DNA of 64,000 nucleotides from Phycisphaeraceae bacterium (GCA_963674705.1 OY771506.1:2688001-2752000), one strand, 5' to 3'. Positions 1 through 8,236 are shown, counted from the stretch's first letter. Translations and numbers: made by a program. The notes: generated by a model from the letters alone, not told the origin.

Positions 1-309
1 TCGATCACCGAGTGAACCGGCACCTTGGTCTATAACTGTAGTGTTTTCAGGGATATCCAGTGAAAGTGCCGGGTCATCGTGGGAGAACGGGGCCTCATGG
101 TCATTTACAGCTATAAATAGTTGTCCCAAAGAGGCTTGGGTTAACCTCTGGACCGTGCATCGCAGCAGATCGGTATGGATGATGGCGGCTTGATAGGCGT
201 TGAACTGGCCGATCAAGCGGGTTTTTACCTGTCCCGGCACGGGTCGTTTAGCCATGACCACACAGCTCAATACGTCCTTGCGCAAATCTGTTGGACGGGT
301 GTTAGGCAT
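1..309 (-). CDS. DUF2064/TIGR04282-like glycosyltransferase (CofC-like fold), 5' part, truncated by window edge
   Basis: Manual minus-strand translation from ATG at 309: MPNTRPTDLRKDVLSCVVMAKRPVPGQVKTRL...DQGAGSLGDR. The MAKxPxPGxVKTRL and QGxGxLGxR motifs are typical of this family. Not in the ORF track. Confidence 0.75.
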   Translation of the reverse strand, partial: MPNTRPTDLRKDVLSCVVMAKRPVPGQVKTRLIGQFNAYQAAIIHTDLLRCTVQRLTQASLGQLFIAVNDHEAPFSHDDPALSLDIPENTTVIDQGAGSLGDR

Positions 310-486
310 TGTAATTACTGAATTTATGGCTATTATTGCGGGAACAGTGTTTGCGGGAACAGTGAATAATGGCTATGATGCGGGGCTACGCCATTATCCG
401 CAAATATTAATAAACGCGAATCAGATCGGCACTTGTGCGTTGGGCAATGCGTATGGGCGGCCTAAGATTTTCGGGCAATACAGAGA

Positions 487-984
487 ATGACAGCTATGGC
501 AAAAATTGAGGAATATAAAGTCAAGAGCCCGTGGGAAGACCGTTGGGTCCAGCCGGAGCTGGCGCAGTTGCTGAATCCCCTGGATGAGCAGCGTCGTAAG
601 ATTGTGGACATCCTGATCGAGAAGATCAACGAGTTTCCGGGTGTCCACCAGGGCCTGATCTGGCACGGTGCGGCGTGGCGCTGGACGCTGGAATTCTCGC
701 TTTATGACGAAGATGGCAAGCTGCTTGAAACATTGGCGTATCTGGTGCCGAATCCCGAGACGCCGGTGTTGTGTGTGCCGATGAAGTCGCAGATGGTTGA
801 GAAGCTGCCGATCAAGCGGCTGAACCGGTACATCCGTGACGGGATCCGTGTTGCCAAGCGTGCGATGGATACCCATTGGGCGGTATGGACACCGACGGCC
901 GTGACGGAGACCGAACACCTGATGGATTTGATCAAACGTCGCCACAAGATCCTGCTCGCTGAGCGGACTGAGGATGCGGCGTGA
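487..984 (+). CDS. conserved hypothetical protein, possibly DUF3788-like
   Basis: 165-aa ORF with genome-like codon usage; WHGAAWRW segment and terminal DLIKRRH resemble DUF3788 proteins (weak recall). Confidence 0.55.
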   Translation: MTAMAKIEEYKVKSPWEDRWVQPELAQLLNPLDEQRRKIVDILIEKINEFPGVHQGLIWHGAAWRWTLEFSLYDEDGKLLETLAYLVPNPETPVLCVPMKSQMVEKLPIKRLNRYIRDGIRVAKRAMDTHWAVWTPTAVTETEHLMDLIKRRHKILLAERTEDAA

Positions 985-1136
985 CAGATATCAGTTGTGC
1001 GCTATAACGGGCATCTGATTGTTACATTTTTCGGACCTTGTCCAATCCAATTACCTGTTCATGTAGATAAACGGATGCAGGTCATCTCGGTGGGTTAACT
1101 TGTGCGCGAAAGTGTCAGAAAAAAGTTAGAAAATGA

Positions 1137-1164
1137 TTGACCTGGCGGGGGTGTAGACGATAAT
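1137..1164 (+). promoter_or_regulatory. sigma70-type promoter for the downstream structured RNA
   Basis: TTGACC (1137-1142), 16 nt, GATAAT (1159-1164); same geometry as the TTGACA-N16-GATACT promoter at 52439-52466. Confidence 0.55.
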
Positions 1165-1167
1165 TAG

Positions 1168-1520
1168 GTTGTCGACCGAGCCTGCTGATAGTAAGCGAGA
1201 AAACCTCTCTGAATGTCAGTATGAGCGGAGTCGACCGAGCATCGGATCGTAGACCCCTGCGGCCGATGAGCGCGGTGCCCCGGTAAGACGTTACGGGGCG
1301 GAAAGACTCCGGCGGCCACGGGTCGTTCGCATACGGCAACGACACGAGATGGTGACGGCTGGGATTGGCTCTTTTCAGAATGGAGGTGATCCTTGGATAA
1401 CGACTGTATGAGCGTCTGGAGTGGGCTGCGTTAGGCAGCTCGACGGGGCTGTAGAGCAGCTCCCACTACCAGACCATCAAGCTATGCCCGCCCCGATGCG
1501 TTGGGGCGGGCTTATTTTTT
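1168..1520 (+). ncRNA. candidate structured non-coding RNA (~350 nt), family not identified
   Basis: Lies between a promoter and a terminator with no ORF of 60 aa or more on this strand. Nested helices: GGAGTC/GACTCC, CATCGG/CCGATG, GCCCCG/CGGGGC, GTCGTT/AACGAC, ACCTC-TCTGAA/TTCAGA-GAGGT, GTCTGG/CCAGAC, GCTGC/GCAGC, GGGGCTG/CAGCTCC. Confidence 0.6.
1486..1520 (+). terminator. intrinsic terminator
   Basis: GCCCGCCCCGA-TGCG-TTGGGGCGGGC hairpin followed by TTATTTTTT. Confidence 0.85.
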
Positions 1521-1578
1521 GGGGGTAGCGATTTTTAATCGCTAATTTCGAATCGTTAATCGCTAATGTTTCTAACCC

Positions 1579-1611
1579 AACGCCGGTTCTGAGCGCAGCG
1601 AAGGGCCGGGT
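1579..1611. repeat. 33-nt dispersed repeat; second copy inverted at 47482-47514
   Basis: AACGCCGGTTCTGAGCGCAGCGAAGGGCCGGGT; its reverse complement matches 47482-47514 at 29/33 positions. Confidence 0.75.
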
Positions 1612-1701
1612 ATCTTTCTGTGATTCGGTGAATTTCATTTTCTGCATTTTCTGCTTTTTTAATTTCCAGTTTTCCTATTCCCCCTCCGCCCGATTACACT
1701 C

Positions 1702-2859
1702 TTGTCCATGTCATCCCGGGAACATGATGCACTTCTGGCTCTAACACTTTCCGAGGGTTTCGGACAAGCCACGATTCAACGTTGTGTCGAAACGTTCGGC
1801 AGCGCTGCGGGCTCGCTCGATGCTTCGGCTGAGCAATTTGCACGTCTCGATCAAGTGGGAATGCAGCGTGCACGCAAGTTGCGGGCGGCGCTCGATCGAA
1901 CTTTACAAAGCGGGTTGGTAGAAGCTGAGCGGGAATTGATCGCATCGCATGATGTGCATCTGATTGCGTTTGGTGATGAAGAATACCCGCAGCTACTGAA
2001 GCACATCCCCGATCCGCCAACACTGCTTTGGGTGCGTGGGCGGATGGTTGAAGAAGATGCGCTGGCGCTTGGGATAGTGGGTTCTAGACGTTGTTCTCAC
2101 TATGGCAGAGAGCAGGCGGATCGGTTTGCGAGTTTGTGTGCACAGAGTGGGTTGTGCATCGTCAGTGGTGGGGCACGCGGGATCGATGGAGCGGCGCATC
2201 GCGCGGCTCTGCGCATGGGTGGGCGGACGATCGCTGTGATCGGTTCGGGGTTGGCGCAGCCTTACCCGCATGACCATAAAGACCTGTTCGATGAAATCGT
2301 GGCCTCAGATGGCGAGCACGGCGCGGTGATCAGTGAGTTTCCGATGTCAACGCCGCCCAGCGCACAGAACTTCCCGCGGCGGAACCGGATCATCTCGGGT
2401 TTATCATTAGGCGTGCTGGTTGTCGAAGCGGCGCAGCGGAGCGGGGCGCTCATCACGGCGAGGGTGGCGGTCGAGGAACATCATCGGGAGTTGATGGCGA
2501 TCCCGGGGCGTGTTGATTCGCAGGGTTCGGCCGGCTGCCACAAGATCATCCGCGAGGGCTGGGCGACGCTCGTGACGAGCCCGGCGGACGTATTGGATGC
2601 GCTGGGTGAAGCGGGACAAATGCTGAAGGTCGGGCTGACGAAAGAAGAACCGAAAGAGGATCAGAGCCTGTTTACGGATATCGGGTTGACTGAGAAGCAG
2701 AAGCAAATCCTGGAAGCAATGAACGGGACCTGCAGCCTGGATCAGATCGTGGCGCACAGCGGATTGCCGATCGAGAAGGTGCAGGCGGAGCTGACGATGC
2801 TGGAGCTGCGGGGGCTTGTGAAGCGGCGGGGCGGGTTGTTTACGCGGAAAAAAGGGTAA
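1702..2859 (+). CDS. dprA: DNA-processing protein DprA
   Basis: YPQLLKHIPDPP, IVGSRRCS, VSGGARGID, FPRRNRIISGLS, VVEAAQRSGALITA and C-terminal wHTH LTMLELRG; start may be ATG 1708. Confidence 0.95.
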   Translation: MSMSSREHDALLALTLSEGFGQATIQRCVETFGSAAGSLDASAEQFARLDQVGMQRARKLRAALDRTLQSGLVEAERELIASHDVHLIAFGDEEYPQLLKHIPDPPTLLWVRGRMVEEDALALGIVGSRRCSHYGREQADRFASLCAQSGLCIVSGGARGIDGAAHRAALRMGGRTIAVIGSGLAQPYPHDHKDLFDEIVASDGEHGAVISEFPMSTPPSAQNFPRRNRIISGLSLGVLVVEAAQRSGALITARVAVEEHHRELMAIPGRVDSQGSAGCHKIIREGWATLVTSPADVLDALGEAGQMLKVGLTKEEPKEDQSLFTDIGLTEKQKQILEAMNGTCSLDQIVAHSGLPIEKVQAELTMLELRGLVKRRGGLFTRKKG

Positions 2860-2978
2860 GAATCAGGCGAAGAACGCGAGTAAACTCGCTCGCTAAACGG
2901 GGGTGGGGTTTTGCTACAATACGCGGCTCGACTGCGCCGAGTGTGGCGTGGTTTGTTTAAGCAGACGGAAGGTGCAAC

Positions 2979-4301
2979 ATGTTCCCGGTTTATGATCTTG
3001 GTACACCCGACGGCAACGCGGGGCTCGACGCTTGCCTTGAACGTTTACGCGCTACGACCAGTGCCGGCGGCGACGCTGCGAAGGTCGTGACAGATATCCT
3101 CGCGGACGTGCACGAGCATGGCGACGAGGCGCTGGTGCGCTACGTTCAGCGGTTCAGCGATCCGGGATTTACGATGGACCGTCTGCGCGTCAGCAGCGAA
3201 GACCTCGCCGGTGCTGCGGCTAAGGTTGAGCCTGCGCTGCTCGATGCGATCAAGACGGCGATTCAGCAGGTGCGTGAATATCAGCAGCACGTGATGCCTG
3301 AGCCGACGCAGCCGATCACGATCGGCGGGGCGGAGTTGGGCTTGCGTTTCTCGCCGGTCGATAGTGTGGGATTGCACGTGCCGGGCGGGACGGCGGTGTT
3401 GTTCTCAACGTTAATCATGCTCGCGGTGCCTGCGATCGTGGCGGGTGTTGACCCGAAGAAGATCAGCGTGGCGCACCCCTTACCGACACGGCGAGGTGAT
3501 GCAGAAGGCGCAAGCGACATTTCGCCGATCGTGCTGGCTGCGGCTCACATGCTGGGGATCGACAAGGTGTACCGCGTCGGTGGGGCGGAGGGTGTGTCCG
3601 CGCTTGCCTACGGCACAAAAACGATCGAGCCTGTCGACTTCATCGCGGGGCCGGGCAATGTTTACAGCCAACTCGCCAAGGCACAGCTCAACGGGAAGGT
3701 CGGCATCGACGGGTTCTATGGCCCAAGTGAAATCGTCACGATTGCAGACGAAACCGCGGATCCGGTGCGCATTGCCGCGGACCTGATCGCACAGGCGGAG
3801 CACGACCCGGGCAAGTGTTTCCTTTTAGTCTGGTCGCGCGATGTGTTAGAGAAGATCACAGCAGAAGTTGCCAAGCAGATCGAGCAACGTAAGCGCAAGG
3901 ATGCGATCGTGCGTGCGTTTGAAAATGAATCCTGCGCTGTGATCGTGAAGGATATCGATGAAGCTGCGGAGATCGCGAACCGATTTGCCGCTGAGCACGT
4001 GAACTTGGCGGTTGCCGATGTTGATGCATTGCTTGAGAAGGTGCGTCACGCCGGTGAGGTGTTCCTGGGCGACACGACCCCCGTCGCGTCGGGCGATTAT
4101 TACGCGGGACCGAGTCACTGTTTGCCGACCGGCACGACAGCCCGCTTCACCAGCGGCATCAGCGTCTACACGTTCCTGAAACGCACCGGCACCGTTGCCT
4201 ACCGCAATGCCATGCCCGCCATCGCCATCGACCACATCGCAAAGATGGCCGAGGCCGAGGGATTGGATGGGCACGCACATTCGGTAAGGGTGAGGGGTTG
4301 A
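2979..4301 (+). CDS. hisD: histidinol dehydrogenase
   Basis: VPGG, AGPGNVY, GPSE, AQAEHD, AAEH, GDYYAGPSHCLPT motifs. Confidence 0.95.
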   Translation: MFPVYDLGTPDGNAGLDACLERLRATTSAGGDAAKVVTDILADVHEHGDEALVRYVQRFSDPGFTMDRLRVSSEDLAGAAAKVEPALLDAIKTAIQQVREYQQHVMPEPTQPITIGGAELGLRFSPVDSVGLHVPGGTAVLFSTLIMLAVPAIVAGVDPKKISVAHPLPTRRGDAEGASDISPIVLAAAHMLGIDKVYRVGGAEGVSALAYGTKTIEPVDFIAGPGNVYSQLAKAQLNGKVGIDGFYGPSEIVTIADETADPVRIAADLIAQAEHDPGKCFLLVWSRDVLEKITAEVAKQIEQRKRKDAIVRAFENESCAVIVKDIDEAAEIANRFAAEHVNLAVADVDALLEKVRHAGEVFLGDTTPVASGDYYAGPSHCLPTGTTARFTSGISVYTFLKRTGTVAYRNAMPAIAIDHIAKMAEAEGLDGHAHSVRVRG

Positions 4302-4330
4302 CAAGTATGTATATCGTGGGCTATACTTGT
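4298..4330 (+). promoter_or_regulatory. hicAB promoter with overlapping inverted-repeat operator
   Basis: TTGACA (4298-4303), 18 nt, TATACT (4322-4327); inverted repeat ACAAGTAT (4301-4308) / ATACTTGT (4323-4330) overlaps both boxes. Confidence 0.7.
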
Positions 4331-4484
4331 GTTGTTCCAATAGAAAGGAGCGACAGCGGTCACGCCCTAGATAGTTTGCATACTCAAACTCTTACTGCAC
4401 GAAAACCTCATTTTCAGGCGTGGCTGTGTTAATATATTTTCCGGGGTGATTCGTGGAAGGTTTTCGTGTGGTCGGAGTTTATCC

Positions 4485-4694
4485 ATGCCCAGCGATGTTC
4501 CCTTTTCACAGGTCAGAAAACTACTTGAATCACACGGATGGACATGTAGTCGGGTTCGCGGCTCGCATCATGTTTTCACCAAGGAAGGCGAAACGCCGAT
4601 TATTATTCCGGTCCATCGTCGAAAGGTGAAGTTTGGATATGTCCACCGGATCAAAAAACAACTCGAAGAAGAAGGCAAAGGGCAAGGCGATTGA
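4485..4694 (+). CDS. hicA: type II toxin, HicA family mRNA interferase
   Basis: 69 aa from ATG 4485: LLESHGW..RVRGSHHVF..IIPVH. Confidence 0.9.
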   Translation: MPSDVPFSQVRKLLESHGWTCSRVRGSHHVFTKEGETPIIIPVHRRKVKFGYVHRIKKQLEEEGKGQGD

Positions 4695-5067
4695 TGCGCC
4701 GTTTGACCCCAAGCTCTGGAAGCAGGCGGCCGAGATCGCTTCGACCTATCGTTTGATTATTGAGAAGGAGCCGGAGGTAGGGGGGTACCTGGGGCGTTCG
4801 GTGGAGATGCCGATGGTGATGTCGGATGGGCCGACGATCGCCAAGTGTGCGACCGAGACGCTTGAGGCGATGACGCTGGCAGTGGCGACGATGCTTGAAG
4901 ACGGGGAACGTCCGCCGATGTCCAGCAAAACTGAAAAACGCACGGCCCAGGTCAACGTGCGGTTGACCGAGGAAGAAAAACTTCGGTTGGAAGAGGCTGC
5001 CAAGCGGCAGGGGTTTCGGGGTATTTCGGATTACATCCGGTCGGCGGCGCTTAAAGAAGCAAGCTAA
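4639..5067 (+). CDS. hicB: HicB family antitoxin with C-terminal ribbon-helix-helix domain
   Basis: HicB-like GYLGRSVEMP..SDGPT..LEDGERPP, then QVNVRLTEEEK..SDYIR; overlaps hicA. Confidence 0.85.
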   Translation: MSTGSKNNSKKKAKGKAIDAPFDPKLWKQAAEIASTYRLIIEKEPEVGGYLGRSVEMPMVMSDGPTIAKCATETLEAMTLAVATMLEDGERPPMSSKTEKRTAQVNVRLTEEEKLRLEEAAKRQGFRGISDYIRSAALKEAS

Positions 5068-5084
5068 ACCTGAAAGTGAACGCT

Positions 5085-5100
5085 CTAAGCCGCAAGCGGC
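5085..5100. repeat. REP-like palindrome family A (GCCGC-ttg-CGGCTTAGCG); other copies at 7564-7606 (inverted pair), 28617-28636, 34253-34274, 44233-44251, 48828-48849
   Basis: Near-identical 16-22-nt imperfect palindromes, essentially all at intergenic positions or gene ends. Confidence 0.8.
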
Positions 5101-5106
5101 TTTGGG

Positions 5107-5973
5107 CTAGCTTTGGAAGTCGAGGCCCAGGGCTTTGGCGGCTTTTTCGCATGCGCCAAAGTCGTCGCAGACGAGGAAGTAGATGATGTCGCCGCTGCGC
5201 CAGATGAGCATGGGGTGGTCGGCGTCGGGGCCGGCGGCGATGGCGTGGTGGCCGTCTTCGAGGTCGATCTTCCAGGGGGGCAACTGAGAGAAGAGGCTGA
5301 TGAAGTCGCCTGTTTCGGTGGACTCGTAGAGCAGGTGCAGGGTCTGGCCGCCGGGGACGTGGCATGGGCCTGCGCCGGCGAATTCGTAGCCGATGGATGA
5401 CAGGTCGGGGGTCAACACCGGTTGCGACATGAACTTTTCCGCAGCCGGGCCGAGGTCGGAGATGGAGCGAGGGAAGTCCGGGTCGATGAAGTGGTCTTCG
5501 AGCGTGGAGCATGCCAGGTGCTTATTGGTGACCGACTCGGCGAGTTGGGCGAGGGTGTAGGTTTTCTTTTCCTGGATCGGGCCGAGGTTTGTGTTTGAGT
5601 TCAAGCTCATGACATAGAGCGATGCGCCGACAACGATCAACAGCATGGCTGCGACAGCAGAAAGAGTGGTCCACCACGGCCAGGCTTTGTGCCGCGTCGC
5701 GCTATCATTGATCGGTTTGGCCTCATCATTGAATGGTATGGGCTCTGAATCGATGTCAAGATTGGCGATCATTTGACGGAGGCTGTCGGGCGCTTTGGGG
5801 GTGGCGCTGTGGATGGCTTGCCGGGAGGCTTTGCGGAGTTGGGTAAGTTCGTCGAGCCTGGTCGCGAGGTTCGGGTGCTCGGCGAGTGCGCGCTGAACCG
5901 CCGCACGGCGATCTTCGTTTAATTCGCCGTCGACGTATGCCAGCAGTTCTTGATCGTGGATAGGGTCACTCAT
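5107..5973 (-). CDS. membrane-anchored anti-sigma factor
   Basis: LLAYVDGEL N-terminal anti-sigma domain and one TM helix; ATG at 5973 overlaps the sigma stop codon (ATGAGTGA). Confidence 0.8.
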   Translation of the reverse strand: MSDPIHDQELLAYVDGELNEDRRAAVQRALAEHPNLATRLDELTQLRKASRQAIHSATPKAPDSLRQMIANLDIDSEPIPFNDEAKPINDSATRHKAWPWWTTLSAVAAMLLIVVGASLYVMSLNSNTNLGPIQEKKTYTLAQLAESVTNKHLACSTLEDHFIDPDFPRSISDLGPAAEKFMSQPVLTPDLSSIGYEFAGAGPCHVPGGQTLHLLYESTETGDFISLFSQLPPWKIDLEDGHHAIAAGPDADHPMLIWRSGDIIYFLVCDDFGACEKAAKALGLDFQS

Positions 5974-6592
5974 TTTTTTTCGAGCCTGTTTCGCCCCTGT
6001 GAACAATGCGCAAGCCGGGTTCTTTGTTCACATCCTCGGAAGGTATTTTTAGTGTATCGATCAGTTTTTTTCTGGCCCGGGACAGCCTGCTCATGACGGT
6101 GCCGATCGGGACTTCAAGTACATCCGCGATCTGGCGATACTTCATGTCTTCGGCGGCGAACAAGAGGAAGGTCGCACGCAGATCGTCGGGCAGATTGTGG
6201 ATGGCATCTTTCAATTGATCGTCCACCTGCTCCCAGTCTATGCTCGAGCCTTGCTCGTGTGTTGGTTCATCCCATATCTCGGTTTCGGTCTCCGGTGCGA
6301 TGACCTGCTGCATGATCCGGCATTCGACGGAAGAGCGTCTAAGCCGGGCGAGAAAGAGATTGTGGAGTATTTTAAACAGCCACGGCCGGATCGAGCTGGT
6401 GTCATTACTGAATGTATCTGCTGATCGGAATGCCCGCAGATAGGTTTCCTGCACCAGGTCTTCCGCTTCCAGGCCGTTGCGACACAGATGCAGCGCGAAG
6501 CGGTAGACGGCATCGAGTTCCGTCATCGCTAGTTCTCGGAATCGCTCCTGATCAAGCGGCTTTACTGGTTGGTGTGTGTGCGGCATTCGCAA
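5966..6592 (-). CDS. ECF sigma-70 family RNA polymerase sigma factor
   Basis: AEDLVQETYLRAF (region 2); YRQIADVLEVPIGTVMSRLSRAR (region 4). Confidence 0.92.
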   Translation of the reverse strand: MRMPHTHQPVKPLDQERFRELAMTELDAVYRFALHLCRNGLEAEDLVQETYLRAFRSADTFSNDTSSIRPWLFKILHNLFLARLRRSSVECRIMQQVIAPETETEIWDEPTHEQGSSIDWEQVDDQLKDAIHNLPDDLRATFLLFAAEDMKYRQIADVLEVPIGTVMSRLSRARKKLIDTLKIPSEDVNKEPGLRIVHRGETGSKKNE

Positions 6593-6747
6593 GTGCGTTT
6601 TATTTGTTATTCAAAAATCACGATCTCCAAGTGAATAACCATCAACGGCTGCGCATATTCCAACTAAACGCACGAGTTGAAAAACTTTTAGAGGTAACGG
6701 CCTGCCTCGTGCGCGATCCCATTCCCTACTTTTAGAAGGAGAGACGT

Positions 6748-7542
6748 ATGAAGTATCAAACAATCCTAGGTTCGGCGGCGGCATGTGTGACATTATTAGC
6801 CGGTAGCGCTGTACAGGCTGCCCCGGTGCAGGTGAAGGTCACGATCGAAAATCTTGGGCCTTCGGACAGCATCGCCTTTTCCCCGTTCTTTGTCGCGGCG
6901 CATGACGGCACCTTTGATGCGTTCGATGCAGGATCGGCTGCGAGCACGGGTGTGCAGAACATTGCCGAGGCGGGCAACGGCGCTGATTTGGCTACCGCGT
7001 TTGCAAGTTCCAATCCATCCGGTGTATCCGGCACAGTGGTCGCGACTTCCGGCGGCTTCGGCCCGGGCATCTTCCCCTCCGGTGCAAGTGGTTCACTTAT
7101 CCTGAACCTCGATTCAGATCAGCATCGTTACTTCAGCTTCGGTTCTATGGCGGTTCCCAGTAACGATTACTTCGTCGGCAACGAATCCGGTACGCAGATC
7201 GAGTTGTTCGATGCCGGGGGCAACTTTGTCGGTTCAACCGTGACGCTGACCGGCGCTGATATCTGGGATGCCGGCACGGAAGTCAACGGCCTATTCGGCG
7301 CTGCCTATGTGGTTGGACAAAGCGGCGGCGACCACATTGATGAAAACGGCGTGGTGACACTCGGTGCCGACTTCAGCACCTTCTTTGGTCAATCGACACC
7401 GACCGGTGCGACGTTCAACTTCAATCCCGGTTCGGGTGACCAGATTGCACGGATCTCGTTCAGCGTCGTGCCGGAGCCGGCTTCGGCAGCGTTGATGGTC
7501 GGCGCATTGGGATTGGGGCTGGTGCGTCGTCGCGTGGCCTGA
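6748..7542 (+). CDS. spondin_N-domain PEP-CTERM surface protein
   Basis: Signal peptide; FSPFFVAAHDG, MAVPSNDYF, WDAGTE spondin motifs; VPEP-TM-RRR tail; SD AGGAG. Confidence 0.88.
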   Translation: MKYQTILGSAAACVTLLAGSAVQAAPVQVKVTIENLGPSDSIAFSPFFVAAHDGTFDAFDAGSAASTGVQNIAEAGNGADLATAFASSNPSGVSGTVVATSGGFGPGIFPSGASGSLILNLDSDQHRYFSFGSMAVPSNDYFVGNESGTQIELFDAGGNFVGSTVTLTGADIWDAGTEVNGLFGAAYVVGQSGGDHIDENGVVTLGADFSTFFGQSTPTGATFNFNPGSGDQIARISFSVVPEPASAALMVGALGLGLVRRRVA

Positions 7543-7609
7543 AAACGTAGCTAATTTTCTGATCGCTAAGCCGCAGGCGGCATGATTATGTTCGCTTGCG
7601 GCTTGGTTT

Positions 7610-8236
7610 TCAGTGTCGGTAGCGGTGCAGCGTCTGGACGATTTTCTGATGGACTTCCATGGGGTGGTTGAGCATCAGCCAGAAGGTTTCGCTGATCGCT
7701 GAGCCGGCGGTGGCGAAGCTGATCGTGCCCAGGCTGAACACGCTTTCGCGTAAGGTGATGATGGTGTTGGTGTGCTGGATGTTTTTCAGTGTCGTTTCAA
7801 ATACGACCACACGCAGGACACCGGAGACGGTGATGATCCGTCGATCGGTAAGTACATAGACCCGTGAAAGCCATTCAAGGAATTGCCAGAACAGCCGCAC
7901 AAGCATCAGTGCCAATCCAATCATGACGATGTTCTGGCTGTGGTAACCGAGACCTGCCCGGGTGTTGATGCCGTAAGCTACGACGGTGAAGATGAGGATC
8001 AGCGAGAGTGTTCGCAGAGGCGCCAGGAGGATGAACCAGACGCTGGGTTTAAGTAGCAGGATGATGATCTCACCGGGTTGAAGCAGTTCGGCCGGGAGCA
8101 TCCCCGCCGCCTGTGCGGTGATATCACCGGCGCCGGCATCTCCCGTCAGGTCCTCGGCGAGGTACCGGTCCTTGAGCTGCTTATGCTCGGGCAGCGCGCG
8201 CTTGGTCGGGGGTGGTTCGACGGTGATTGGTGTCAT
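7610..8236 (-). CDS. membrane protein with bacterial PH (bPH_2) domain
   Basis: Two TM helices, then YVLTDRRII..GVL..LGTISFATAG. Confidence 0.75.
   Translation of the reverse strand: MTPITVEPPPTKRALPEHKQLKDRYLAEDLTGDAGAGDITAQAAGMLPAELLQPGEIIILLLKPSVWFILLAPLRTLSLILIFTVVAYGINTRAGLGYHSQNIVMIGLALMLVRLFWQFLEWLSRVYVLTDRRIITVSGVLRVVVFETTLKNIQHTNTIITLRESVFSLGTISFATAGSAISETFWLMLNHPMEVHQKIVQTLHRYRH

Noticed and set aside
1382..1392. 16S rRNA 3'-end fragment on the minus strand
   Set aside because: Only 11 nt match and the flanks show no rRNA similarity; better read as an SD on the plus strand
1445..1471. tRNA-Ala gene
   Set aside because: No D, anticodon or T arms
1168..1520. Identification as RNase P RNA, tmRNA or SRP RNA
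   Set aside because: No GAGGAAAGTCC or ACAGAA..CGGCTTA motifs, no T-arm/ACCA end or ..AA-stop tag frame, no SRP domain IV motif on either strand
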